DNA of 64,000 nucleotides from an uncultured Rickettsiales bacterium (GTDB lineage Bacteria; Pseudomonadota; Alphaproteobacteria; Rickettsiales; UBA1997): NCBI GenBank assembly GCA_944391075.1, contig CALXSG010000003.1, positions 22,767 to 86,766 of the forward strand, read 5' to 3'. Shown piece by piece: positions 11,601 to 19,119 of this stretch (position 1 is its first letter; each line of letters starts with the position of its first letter). The notes under the pieces were generated by a model. It saw only the letters and a program-made list of their open reading frames with translations, ran no database searches and was not told where the DNA came from. The position numbers and the translations under genes were made by a program.

Positions 11601-11893
11601 ATTTATTTATGCAAAGTATGGTTCCAAATAAAATTGATGGTAAATCAAATCCAATGGATACAATAAAACAATCAACTTTTACAGATTCTGAAGGAAATAC
11701 TGAAACTATATATGATATTCTACAAAATACATATCATTCTTCAAATAAATCTTCAAAAAATAGTTTTAAAAATGATTTATCTGCATCTTTTAAACGATGT
11801 TATAATGATACTACTGGAGAATTTAATATGGATAATTTCTTTAGAGATAATGCATTCGTATTACAAGTTGGTATGAATAAAACTAAAAAATAA
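5612..11893 (+). CDS. giant VirB6/TrbL-like membrane protein with long C-terminal coiled-coil extension
   Basis: 2093 aa. A signal peptide/TM at the N-terminus is followed by a ~400-aa domain. A polytopic block (about nt 6900-7800) reads IRILLALYISFFGLNLAMGNIQYSVKDAMNLLLRLTFVLVFTMPAGWDFYNKYVVDFFLYAL. This parallels the Agrobacterium VirB6 region VTLWIIVQGILVIRGEVDTRSGITRVITVTIVVALIV..NYQDYVVSIFEK. A ~1300-aa K/E-rich heptad-like tail follows. Confidence 0.6.
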   Translation: MRKLLHVFTYLFISIIIFISYALSDGYIPAEETGETKYITIKAKPDVIVSGTTYLDSKSSQIATWVDTAYKTDGNVEGFYMEITGGWNPWGGNYNTTSDLCAVATVNKNSPEIEVNGEFDYITSSYILPPDTTTFDLTPRASDAQKKCWLTAGSGLYIAFFGETGYMTPDLATHLKMADIACDAQYSTDKNGDGIFTIDECYDPSDPERNNQAYYVPYKSEYITGGVRCDLTSFKQKPGADINKIRVSDCLEEINEQLINRAIFTFRAPYLYKDSKKTRVPKNEVIKFTIYDSYYSDNVGEYNIKFYKGASTEQKEGVFEKIMKSIESMFSISTEDKNNAGEIILDSIEEKRQSIIQKIKDKVKSFFGVSLSDKYLFNNTKIILSTINFNNYNNINISLFSNAYAENNTTEESLYRDKVNLIGTFYNYIVRDSVFTNAIRILLALYISFFGLNLAMGNIQYSVKDAMNLLLRLTFVLVFTMPAGWDFYNKYVVDFFLYALMYTTTTIINIMNKIFDPFAYIYIPNGTSLSSIFINIDSTIFYLFSEVLANRLEALLFGHGWGFIIVIFMVLTILNTIIKITNAAFPIIISYMELVLALMLGPVFISFYLFKTTESICMNWLSFLGSRCLNIFFTVTILLVFTELIKGQYIDVFSYSIYKTDGWELLFFKVLLIIFGILTFGIGPALLKLWDFVVYVPDYTGTATNTFWTLSGKVLGINVILQLFGVITKHLPSVVDSLVDIKGGKGGKMKDIVGNTSLFQTTDIAISDALRSKRGTPYLSYLESYSSVTGAMTGVYKLGKKLFGDSFEETINNFKNRKERKENNEKTYINDKLYAASSKVEGSNFKDLFKDKDKMDALVNSIYNNEKNVKFSDDKEENRKFHELRKYYILMKNEENFGKYIRDEKIDFASFLKDHPELSQEDREMLADSIITQINLNTDFDYYDRTKELANRLASFDPDKATDEEAEKLRKDLEELQRFRNDLEELIMLKSGQGNNSVDFLMSGIDLDRFGLSGAKNFTAIAGINASSFLGFNNGAANISSGMGIQLFQKDDTNDDKDNDSDKQKILHMKDVNTFQMNNSLVSLLTTKINEKRKQFKDLTQGTFVSRERDIKNKEIEEEINSLISQRSLAQKRVYDVSNNTALLDALENLTEKSKDSDNSEYKKLDIENSRELLMKELKNRYNVSNLNDEEIERFNNIVTEEEKIKINTTKESVKKVGKSLSKSKEEEEQKYEKEKIDLENMHKKHIEEYTKYQNRNINIVNSGINAITESIQNQEKQIKELSSKSSNEKWLDTAKRKLDLRNKNSELEKSKQELENLEKSKKTLQRYQKMEEINIQQEKAETEKIKEDRQKLLDTKKQIELTNYRIDKYRHIIKKNENLIAKNKVKLLSPELSDKEKAKLIEENKKIQQENKVLNKRIIQQNELSFNYSKKYKIQDENLKKEKDRINSRFLQKERTNKAALESIEKNKAYMEMSLKKAQEEKNEKEEKRLKQLINDYDAYIKYYQDEQKFLEAQRSMFKKEEERQKKQHEEELRKILISAEKGINEEFIVKEKQKENEEIKEKTTYELIKDKQLKLATIKKELRITNNKDLLAEKNEIELDLKYLKLKQKEEKVKEYINRANAKQAEKWQEANKQLENLKRQREIVNSEIHRRKNGQESMIYKDISLDDLKLKQKNLDQQCQQYVEKCNGYYNDKLFFENKQKEFDEQRHFLEGKYDSKFFIDEHQTNNSYILAHQNLLQQKEKEAELQQEKEKFELEKERLKVEQTAIYKQQGSLQKYGTPVEQATQNFDLKKKEFKNTGDRIKSSINTLINSYEQNKQKEAVEVAEKELLKSQQRETVENKKTTIEYKEEIIKLQEEKIKKMEEYCAKYIDGYETATKASETKNDFASFINETALTIAMTEKGSQSLLNTIKNTQIVDKENNSSDSLYNVLQDIYLNKKDNMEQSKLENALTNLIQKSYDSNSDTLNTEALVSDNKKLFQATMQKTVKEKNDFDLFMQSMVPNKIDGKSNPMDTIKQSTFTDSEGNTETIYDILQNTYHSSNKSSKNSFKNDLSASFKRCYNDTTGEFNMDNFFRDNAFVLQVGMNKTKK

Positions 11894-11965
11894 ATATTTC
11901 ATAATATTTATTGAAAAATATATTATAAAAAATTATAACTTTTATAGCTAATAATTTAAAAATAT

Positions 11966-13003
11966 ATGAAAGTAATAAATATAGTAGATAATTTTGATAA
12001 TCTTAAAACAGCTACTTTATATGGTGCTGATTATTTATCTTATGATATTACAAAATTATTATATACAAGAAATATTGATTTTATTATCGAAGAATTATCA
12101 AATGCGTCAGACTATGTTTATTCAAAAGAAAAACATTTGTTTTTATCAACTGATATAATAGCTAAAAATGAAGATATACAAGTTTTTCCAAAATATTTAA
12201 AAATATTAAAACAAGTAAAAATAGAAGGTTTAATCCTTGCTGATCCAATTATTTTTATGTATATCAAAAAAGAATTACCTAAATTAAATTTAATATTATC
12301 AAATAAAACTAATATTAAATCATGGTTAGCTGTTCGAATGTGGGAAGATTATTCGGCTTATATGTGCACTTTAAATGAACAATTAAGTTTAGAGGAAATT
12401 AAGGAAATTAGAAATAAATGCAAAAATTCTAATTTATGTACCATAATTCACAATACGAAACATTTTAACGATATTTCATCAATTATGATATTACCAGAAT
12501 TAATTAATATGAATATGAATTACATTGCAATTAATTCAATTAATCAAGACCAATATTATGTTGGAAAAATTACACAAATATATAAAAAAGCTATTGATGA
12601 TATTACAAAAAATTTAAACAATTATAATTCTCAAAAATATATAGATGAATTATTAGAAATTACAAAAAATAAATTAATTTTAAATTATACAAGTAAAGTT
12701 ATAACACCTAAAAATAATTTTGATATACAAGGTTGTGTTGAAAGTTGGGGAAATGATTACATAAATATTAAAATTAATAAAAGAATCAAAGAAGGTGCAG
12801 AAATTGAATTTTTATCACCAATTAATAATCAAAAATATAAGGTTGTTTTAGATGAAATCACCCATACTCTAAACTCACAATTAAACAAAAAAGGCAAAAA
12901 TATATCCATAAAAGTTCCTTTGGAGTGGTTTAATAAAGATATATCAAAAGATAAAATTATGATAAATCTTCCACCATCAACAATTATTAAACAAATATCT
13001 TAA
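11966..13003 (+). CDS. peptidase U32-family protein, divergent
   Basis: The N-terminal pattern (LKTATLYGADYLSY..., HLFLSTDIIAKNEDI..., IEGLILADPIIFMYIKKELPKLNLILSNKTNI) follows the U32 TIM-barrel layout. I cannot find the usual C-rich U32 signature. Confidence 0.45.
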   Translation: MKVINIVDNFDNLKTATLYGADYLSYDITKLLYTRNIDFIIEELSNASDYVYSKEKHLFLSTDIIAKNEDIQVFPKYLKILKQVKIEGLILADPIIFMYIKKELPKLNLILSNKTNIKSWLAVRMWEDYSAYMCTLNEQLSLEEIKEIRNKCKNSNLCTIIHNTKHFNDISSIMILPELINMNMNYIAINSINQDQYYVGKITQIYKKAIDDITKNLNNYNSQKYIDELLEITKNKLILNYTSKVITPKNNFDIQGCVESWGNDYINIKINKRIKEGAEIEFLSPINNQKYKVVLDEITHTLNSQLNKKGKNISIKVPLEWFNKDISKDKIMINLPPSTIIKQIS

Positions 13004-13473
13004 TATTTTAAAATATGATTGCAATGACATATTGCTATACAGAGTGAATCAGCTTCATCCTCTGTTTTTATTGTTATACCTGGAAATATATATTTTACCA
13101 TAGCGACCATTTGTTGTTTTTCTGCTTTTCCTGCACCTGTTAAAGTTTTTTTAACTAAATTAGGTGAATATTCAAATACGGGAACGTTATTCATTGAGGC
13201 AGCTAAAATAGCTACACCTCTGGCATGTCCTAACTTTAAAGATGAAACAGGATTATTATTTACAAATGTTTCTTCTATTGAAAAATTCTCAGGTTGGTAT
13301 TTTTTAATTAATTCATCAACATTTTTATAAATATTTAGCAATCTTTCACTCATAGGAAGTTTAGAATCTGTAAATATTGTTCCGCTGGCAACATACTTAA
13401 TTTGATTATCTATTTTATTAATAACACCCCACCCTGTTTTTATAAGTCCGGGATCTATACCAATAATTATCAT
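13000..13473 (-). CDS. ruvC: Holliday junction resolvase RuvC
   Basis: MIIIGIDPGLIKTGWGVI... and ...EDEADSLCIAICH, the typical RuvC catalytic acidic residues. Length is 157 aa. Confidence 0.9.
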   Translation of the reverse strand: MIIIGIDPGLIKTGWGVINKIDNQIKYVASGTIFTDSKLPMSERLLNIYKNVDELIKKYQPENFSIEETFVNNNPVSSLKLGHARGVAILAASMNNVPVFEYSPNLVKKTLTGAGKAEKQQMVAMVKYIFPGITIKTEDEADSLCIAICHCNHILKY

Positions 13474-16241
13474 TCTATATTCTCCTGAGTAACGACTTCA
13501 TTGAGTTTGATATTATTATCAATATTATCATCTTCTGCAATATTTTCTTCAATAATATTTTCCTCAACATTATATTCATTATTATTCTCTCCATCAATAT
13601 TTTCTTCATTAACAATACTCTCGTCATTATAAATACTTTCATTAACGTCAATATTGTTATTTTCTTCTAAATTATCTTCTTCAATAATAGATGATTGAAT
13701 ATTATTTATGATAATTGGTCTATTTATCATTTCAACTTGTTCTTGTTCATAGATAAATTCTTCAATATCTTCATCAGTAATTTCTTCTTCAAACTTAACT
13801 ATTTTATCGCCTTCCTTAAAAGCTTCTAAAACAATATCACTATTATTTGAATAAGGAGTTGGATAATAACCTGTTTTTGTATCTATTCTTATTAAATTTA
13901 TTGTAGCAGGAACTCTAAATGGAGTAGATGGTACATCCTTTAAAGCATTTATCATAAAATTTACAAAAATAGGTGCTGCAACAGAAGAACCGGTTTGATT
14001 TTTTCCCAGAGTTGAAGGTTTATCAAAACCAACATAAACCCCAACAACTAAATCAGGTGTAAAACCAACAAACCATGCATCATTAGAATCATTTGTAGTT
14101 CCTGTTTTTGCACCAATAGGCTTTTTGATAGCTTTTGCTCTCCATGCTGTTCCTCTTTGAACAACGCCTTGTAGCATATTTGTTATTTGATAAGCTGTAG
14201 CAGAATCAATTATTTCTTTTCTATTATCGATAATTGTAGGTATAATTAATTCTTCAATATTCGTATCTCTATCAACTTTACAATTTTTACATTCTCTCTT
14301 GTCGGTAGCAAAAATTGTTTTACCTTCTCTATCTTGTATTTTTTCAATAAATGTTGGCTGAATCTCTTTTCCACCATTAACTATCATAGAATAAGCTCTT
14401 ACAACTTTTATTAAATTGGTTTCTATAGAACCTAAAACAATAGAATATATTCTTCTAGGTCTTTGATTAATACCAAATCTTTTAATAACCTCAGCTACCT
14501 TACTTAAACCAACATCAGAAGCTAATCTCACGGTTGCAACATTTCTTGATTTTTCAAGAGCAACTCTTAATGTTGTAGGGCCAAAAAATGTTCCTTCATC
14601 ATTTTTAGGTTTATATGGCGGTCTATTTAAACCTTGATCTAACTCAATTTCTTCATCCATTACAATACTAGCGGGGGTATAACCATTTTCAAGTGCAGCA
14701 ATATAAGCAAAAGTTTTCATAATAGAACCCGGCTGTCTTTCAGCTTGTGTTGCCCTATTAAAATCAGTTTGTGAATCAATATAACCACCCATCATGGCTA
14801 ATATTTCACCATTATGGGGATTCATAGCAACTAATGCACCATTAACAGTTGGTATTTGTTTTAAAAGATATTCATTTTTATTTTTAGCATCTTGTTGCAC
14901 AACTATAACATCGCCAACATTTAATTTTACATCACTAACACTTTTAATGTCGGGTCCAAGTTCATTAACATTAATATATTCCTTAGCCCAAGTTAAATTT
15001 TTCAATGGAATATATCCTGTAATGAGTAATTTATCATCGCTAGATATTGTGATAAATTCATTATCTTCTATATTTTCTGTAATTTCTTCGTCAATATCTA
15101 TTTGTCCTAAACCTATAACAACTCTTTCATTTTCTTTATCTATCTCTAACACAATAGCCTTTTGCCATTCATCTCTAATTTTATCTTTTAGTTCATAATT
15201 ATCTATTAATTCTCCCCATTTATTTTTAAAATTATCTTTTGTATACAAATTATCAATAGCACCCCTAAAACCATGTCTTCTATCGTAGTTTTCAATACCC
15301 ATTTTTAAGTATTTATCAGCCATAGCTTGAAGTTTAGGATTTAAAGTTGTAATAACTACATTTCCGCCCTCTAAAAGTTGATCTTCACCATATTTTCTAA
15401 CTATCTCTTTTCTAACCTCTTCATCAAATGCTTTACCAATAGATATTTGCTCAAGATTTTTCTCACTTAAAACTATTGGAGTATCTACCGCTTTTATATA
15501 TTCTTCATTAGTAATATAACCAAGTTCATTCATTCTTGATAAAACCCAATTTCTTCTATCTAAAATATCACTTTGATCACCTTTTGTTGGATCCAATTTA
15601 GCTGGTGCCTTAGGCAACGAAGCTAATAATGCAGCTTCTTCAATCGTTAATTCATCTAAAGATTTATTAAAATAATTTAAAGCAGCAGAAGCTACACCAT
15701 AAGATCTATTACCTAAAAATATTTGATTTAAATATAATTCAAGTATTTCATCTTTTGTGAAATTTTGATCCATTCTAATAGATAAAATAGCTTCTTTTAT
15801 TTTTCTATCTAATGTTTTTTCATTGGTTAATAAAAAGTTTTTAGCAACTTGTTGTGTAATTGTTGAACCACCCCTAACTTTATTGATTCCGTAATATTTA
15901 CTTTTTATATTATCTATTAAAGCGCTAAGAATAGCTTTTGGATTAATACCTACATGTTTATAAAAAGCAGCATCTTCCGCTGAAATAAAGGCATTTTTAA
16001 CTAAATCTGGTATTTGTTCAATAGGAACAAACAATCTTCTCTCTTTAGCATATTCACCTAAAAGTTTACCGTCATTACTATATAATCTAGTCATAACAGG
16101 TGGTTTATAGTCTTTTAATTTTTCAAAGTCTGGCAAATCTTTACTGTAATGCATTATAATGGCAAAAATAGTAATTAAGCCTATAATAAATAAAGATAAA
16201 CCTGAATAAAAAATTACTTTAAAAACTGTCTTTTTTTTCAT
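13470..16241 (-). CDS. mrcA: penicillin-binding protein 1A (bifunctional transglycosylase/transpeptidase) with acidic low-complexity C-terminal tail
   Basis: GT51 motifs (ISAEDAAFYKHVGIN, GGSTITQQVAKN, RKIKEA) and transpeptidase motifs (SIMKTF = SxxK, KTGTTND = KTG). I prefer the ATG at 16241; the track ORF starts at a TTG at 16253. The last ~130 aa are repetitive in E, N, D and I. Confidence 0.9.
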   Translation of the reverse strand: MKKKTVFKVIFYSGLSLFIIGLITIFAIIMHYSKDLPDFEKLKDYKPPVMTRLYSNDGKLLGEYAKERRLFVPIEQIPDLVKNAFISAEDAAFYKHVGINPKAILSALIDNIKSKYYGINKVRGGSTITQQVAKNFLLTNEKTLDRKIKEAILSIRMDQNFTKDEILELYLNQIFLGNRSYGVASAALNYFNKSLDELTIEEAALLASLPKAPAKLDPTKGDQSDILDRRNWVLSRMNELGYITNEEYIKAVDTPIVLSEKNLEQISIGKAFDEEVRKEIVRKYGEDQLLEGGNVVITTLNPKLQAMADKYLKMGIENYDRRHGFRGAIDNLYTKDNFKNKWGELIDNYELKDKIRDEWQKAIVLEIDKENERVVIGLGQIDIDEEITENIEDNEFITISSDDKLLITGYIPLKNLTWAKEYINVNELGPDIKSVSDVKLNVGDVIVVQQDAKNKNEYLLKQIPTVNGALVAMNPHNGEILAMMGGYIDSQTDFNRATQAERQPGSIMKTFAYIAALENGYTPASIVMDEEIELDQGLNRPPYKPKNDEGTFFGPTTLRVALEKSRNVATVRLASDVGLSKVAEVIKRFGINQRPRRIYSIVLGSIETNLIKVVRAYSMIVNGGKEIQPTFIEKIQDREGKTIFATDKRECKNCKVDRDTNIEELIIPTIIDNRKEIIDSATAYQITNMLQGVVQRGTAWRAKAIKKPIGAKTGTTNDSNDAWFVGFTPDLVVGVYVGFDKPSTLGKNQTGSSVAAPIFVNFMINALKDVPSTPFRVPATINLIRIDTKTGYYPTPYSNNSDIVLEAFKEGDKIVKFEEEITDEDIEEFIYEQEQVEMINRPIIINNIQSSIIEEDNLEENNNIDVNESIYNDESIVNEENIDGENNNEYNVEENIIEENIAEDDNIDNNIKLNEVVTQENIE

Positions 16242-16369
16242 ATAATTACACAAAAAATCAAGTAATTAATAATATAATTACATAAAATTTAAAATCAATT
16301 AAAAATTATGTTGACTTTTATTTTTTCAAAAATTATTATAGTTGAGTACACTTGAAACGAAATACGTTA

Positions 16370-16446
16370 GGGTTTGTAGCTCAGGTGGTTAGAGCGCTGC
16401 TCTGATAAAGCAGAGGTCGGTGGTTCAAGTCCACCCAAACCCACCA
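16370..16446 (+). tRNA. tRNA-Ile (anticodon GAU), CCA encoded
   Basis: gggtttg acceptor stem, anticodon arm ctgct-ctGATaa-agcag, T arm ggtgg-ttcaagt-ccacc, then caaaccc-a-cca. Confidence 0.9.
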
Positions 16447-16503
16447 TTTAAAAATAATCATTAATATTAAAATTTTAATAGTTTTAAAAGTTATACTTTT
16501 AAA

Positions 16504-17751
16504 TTATATTTTTATAATTTTAATTTTAACATCACCATCAGCAAATTTTAAAGTATATATTTCGTCATTTTTTAAATCTTTTTTTAATTTAATTATTTTA
16601 CCAAAATTATCTTTTAAAATTGGATATTTCCTCTCAAATTTTGATATTTTAAGACTTAAAATATTTATTTTATTATTTAATTTATTTAATTTATTATTAA
16701 TCAATCTATTTATATTTATTTTTGAAAGTAATAATTTATTATTTTTATATTTTTGTACGATTATCTTAAAAAAATTATTTAATTTAATTTCAATATAGTT
16801 AATATCATTTAAATTATTATTAAATTTATTTGTTTTATGTAATAAAAAATTAAAAAATATATTATTTAATAGCTCAGTTTTTTTAATATTATTATTTAAT
16901 ATTATTTTATACAATCTTACTATAAGATAATTTAAATTTATATAAGCTTGTTCTTTGCTAATTGTTAAATATTCAGCAACAGATGTAGGAGTTGGTAATC
17001 TTAAATCACTAACATAATCTATTAAAGTCCAATCAATTTCATGTCCAACAGCAGAAATTATAGGAATTTTAGAATTTGCAACAGCTCTAACTAAATCTTC
17101 ATCGTTAAATGACATTAAATCTTCAACAGAACCACCACCCCTTGTAATAACAAGAACTTGTGGCTGTTCATTATTAGGAAGAGAATTAAAATAATTTATA
17201 GCCTTAATGATTTCCTTAGGAGAATTTTTGCCTTGCATTAATACAGAATATAAAAAAATTGATATTGGAGTTCTATTTTTTAATCTTGATAAAATATCAT
17301 GAATAGCCGCCCCACTCTCCGCTGTTATTAGCCCTATATTTTTAGGTAATTTAGGTACAGATTTCTTTCTTTCAATATCAAATAGCCCTTCTTTTTCAAG
17401 ATTTTTTTTACGTTCTTCAATTATTTTTAATAAAGCTCCAACTCCACTAATTTGTGCTGTTTCTGCTAATAATTGATAATTTGATCTTTCTTTATAAATT
17501 GTTAATTTTCCGCTTAAAATTACCTCTAAACCATCTTGTAAATCAATATTACAAAATTCTGCATAACTTTTAAACATAACAACATTTATCATTGCAGAAT
17601 CATCTTTCAAAGAAAAATATAAATGTCCACTAGGGTGTTTTTTAAAACCTGTAATTTCACCCTTTAATTTAATATAAAAATACTTTCCTTCTATTGTATT
17701 TTTTAAATCTTTTACTATTTCAGAAACTGTATATTCTTTGATTATATCCAT
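16504..17751 (-). CDS. xseA: exodeoxyribonuclease VII large subunit
   Basis: N-terminal OB fold (VSEIVKDLKNTIE...ITGFKKHPSGHLYFSLKD) and catalytic core (IGLITAESGAAIHDI..., ITRGGGSVEDLMSFNDE, ISAVGHEIDWTLIDYVSDLRLPTPT). Confidence 0.9.
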   Translation of the reverse strand: MDIIKEYTVSEIVKDLKNTIEGKYFYIKLKGEITGFKKHPSGHLYFSLKDDSAMINVVMFKSYAEFCNIDLQDGLEVILSGKLTIYKERSNYQLLAETAQISGVGALLKIIEERKKNLEKEGLFDIERKKSVPKLPKNIGLITAESGAAIHDILSRLKNRTPISIFLYSVLMQGKNSPKEIIKAINYFNSLPNNEQPQVLVITRGGGSVEDLMSFNDEDLVRAVANSKIPIISAVGHEIDWTLIDYVSDLRLPTPTSVAEYLTISKEQAYINLNYLIVRLYKIILNNNIKKTELLNNIFFNFLLHKTNKFNNNLNDINYIEIKLNNFFKIIVQKYKNNKLLLSKININRLINNKLNKLNNKINILSLKISKFERKYPILKDNFGKIIKLKKDLKNDEIYTLKFADGDVKIKIIKI

Positions 17752-17894
17752 ATTATTTTTTTATATAAACAAAAAAATATTACAAACTATTTTTTATCTT
17801 GCAATGTTTTTGCGACAATCAAAATATATTTTTCTTGATATTTTTATTTATCATAATATAATAAAATTATATCAATAAATTTTTATACATATTA

Positions 17895-18757
17895 ATGAAA
17901 TTATTTTTGCAAAAATTACAATCTAAAAATTTTACTAAAAAAGTACTCCCCCCCCCCTCAAATTCTTAACTTCTAATTCTTTGAATCAAACTAATTTTAA
18001 AGAATTAACCAATATATATTCAAAAAATATTCAAAATATTTTAGCTTTTTCATTAATTGAATTATCAATAGTACTTATAATTATTGGACTCTTAATTGCT
18101 GGCGTAGTGGGTGGGCAAAGTCTTATAGAAAATGTAAAAGTGTTAAGTTTTACCAGAGAAATACGAGATTGGAAGCAAGCTGTAAATACATTTTATGTAG
18201 CCAAAGGAAGATTACCTAGTGATGCAAATAATGATGGAAAAATTGGTTATGGAAGCAATGAAGGTCATTTAGATCATTATTTTCCACCACCATATAACGG
18301 ACAAGCAGTAAATGGTGAGAAATATCAAATATGGAATGGTGTTAGCGGTCCATTTGTTGATTTATATTTAGCAAAAATAACTGACTTTAAACCAACAAGT
18401 AATAGAGGTACTATGCAAATAGATAATATATTTAGTGATAATGGTTTACCTGAATCACAAGTATTAAAAGACGAAATTTATTATTATTATGCTTATGTGC
18501 CTGGTATGCTAGGAACCTATGTTATAAAAAATGATAAAAATTATAAAGATATTACTAGTAATGCATTAATTTTAAATGGTAGCAAACATTACAAAAGATT
18601 AGATAGTCAATTAGCTCAAAAAATAGATATCAAAACAGATGATGGAAAAATGAATTCTGGTTCTGTTAGAACAGAATGTGGAGAATATGATAATTACAAT
18701 ACCATAAATAAAAAAGAAAAATGCCAAACTATGATATTTACACTAGATATAAGATAA
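17895..18757 (+). CDS. type IV pilin / pseudopilin-like protein, paralogue 1 (5' end interrupted by a poly-C tract)
   Basis: Prepilin motif ..NILA|FSLIELSIVLIIIGLLIAGV plus a C-terminal Cys pair. The track ORF is 17981..18757 and starts at a TTG. The pilin frame stays open upstream to 17939, through the C10 tract at 17948-17957. The only upstream ATG (17895) is in a different frame and joins the pilin frame if the tract is 11 or 8 C. Confidence 0.75.
17948..17957 (+). repeat. C10 homopolymer inside the 5' coding region of pilin paralogue 1
   Basis: Read directly as act-cccccccccc-tca. No other G/C homopolymer longer than 6 nt is visible in the window apart from the second pilin tract. Confidence 0.9.
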
Positions 18758-18841
18758 ATCTTACTTAACTTTTGTAAATAAATATATTTATTAAATACGA
18801 AGTTATTTTAAATTTTTATAAATATTAATATCTTAATTCAC

Positions 18842-18931
18842 TGGCGGAAAGAGCGGGATTCGAACCCGCGGTATGCTTTCACATACGCTCGCTTTCCAAG
18901 CGAGTACCTTAAGCCACTCGGCCATCTTTCC
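18842..18931 (-). tRNA. tRNA-Ser (anticodon GGA), CCA encoded
   Basis: The reverse complement reads ggaaaga-tg-gccgagtggcttaaggt...ctcgc-ttGGAaa-gcgag, then a long variable arm, gcggg-ttcgaat-cccgc and tctttcc-g-cca. Confidence 0.9.
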
Positions 18932-19119
18932 AATAGATAGAAAAATTATAAACATAATAATTAAAAAGTCAAGTTTTGAATAAAAATACTTGTTTAAGTA
19001 TTGTAAAATAAAGGTTTATTTGTTATAAATTTAATGTATTATTTAAGTAATAAAATAGTATTTGATTTTTTATATTTTATATTGAATAATACCGCTTATA
19101 GAAAACAACAAAATTTCAT

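Noticed and set aside
5500-11965. Whether the tRNA-Leu plus giant gene is an integrated genomic island.
   Set aside because: There is no integrase and no direct repeat of the tRNA 3' end downstream of the giant gene. No compositional change is visible by eye.
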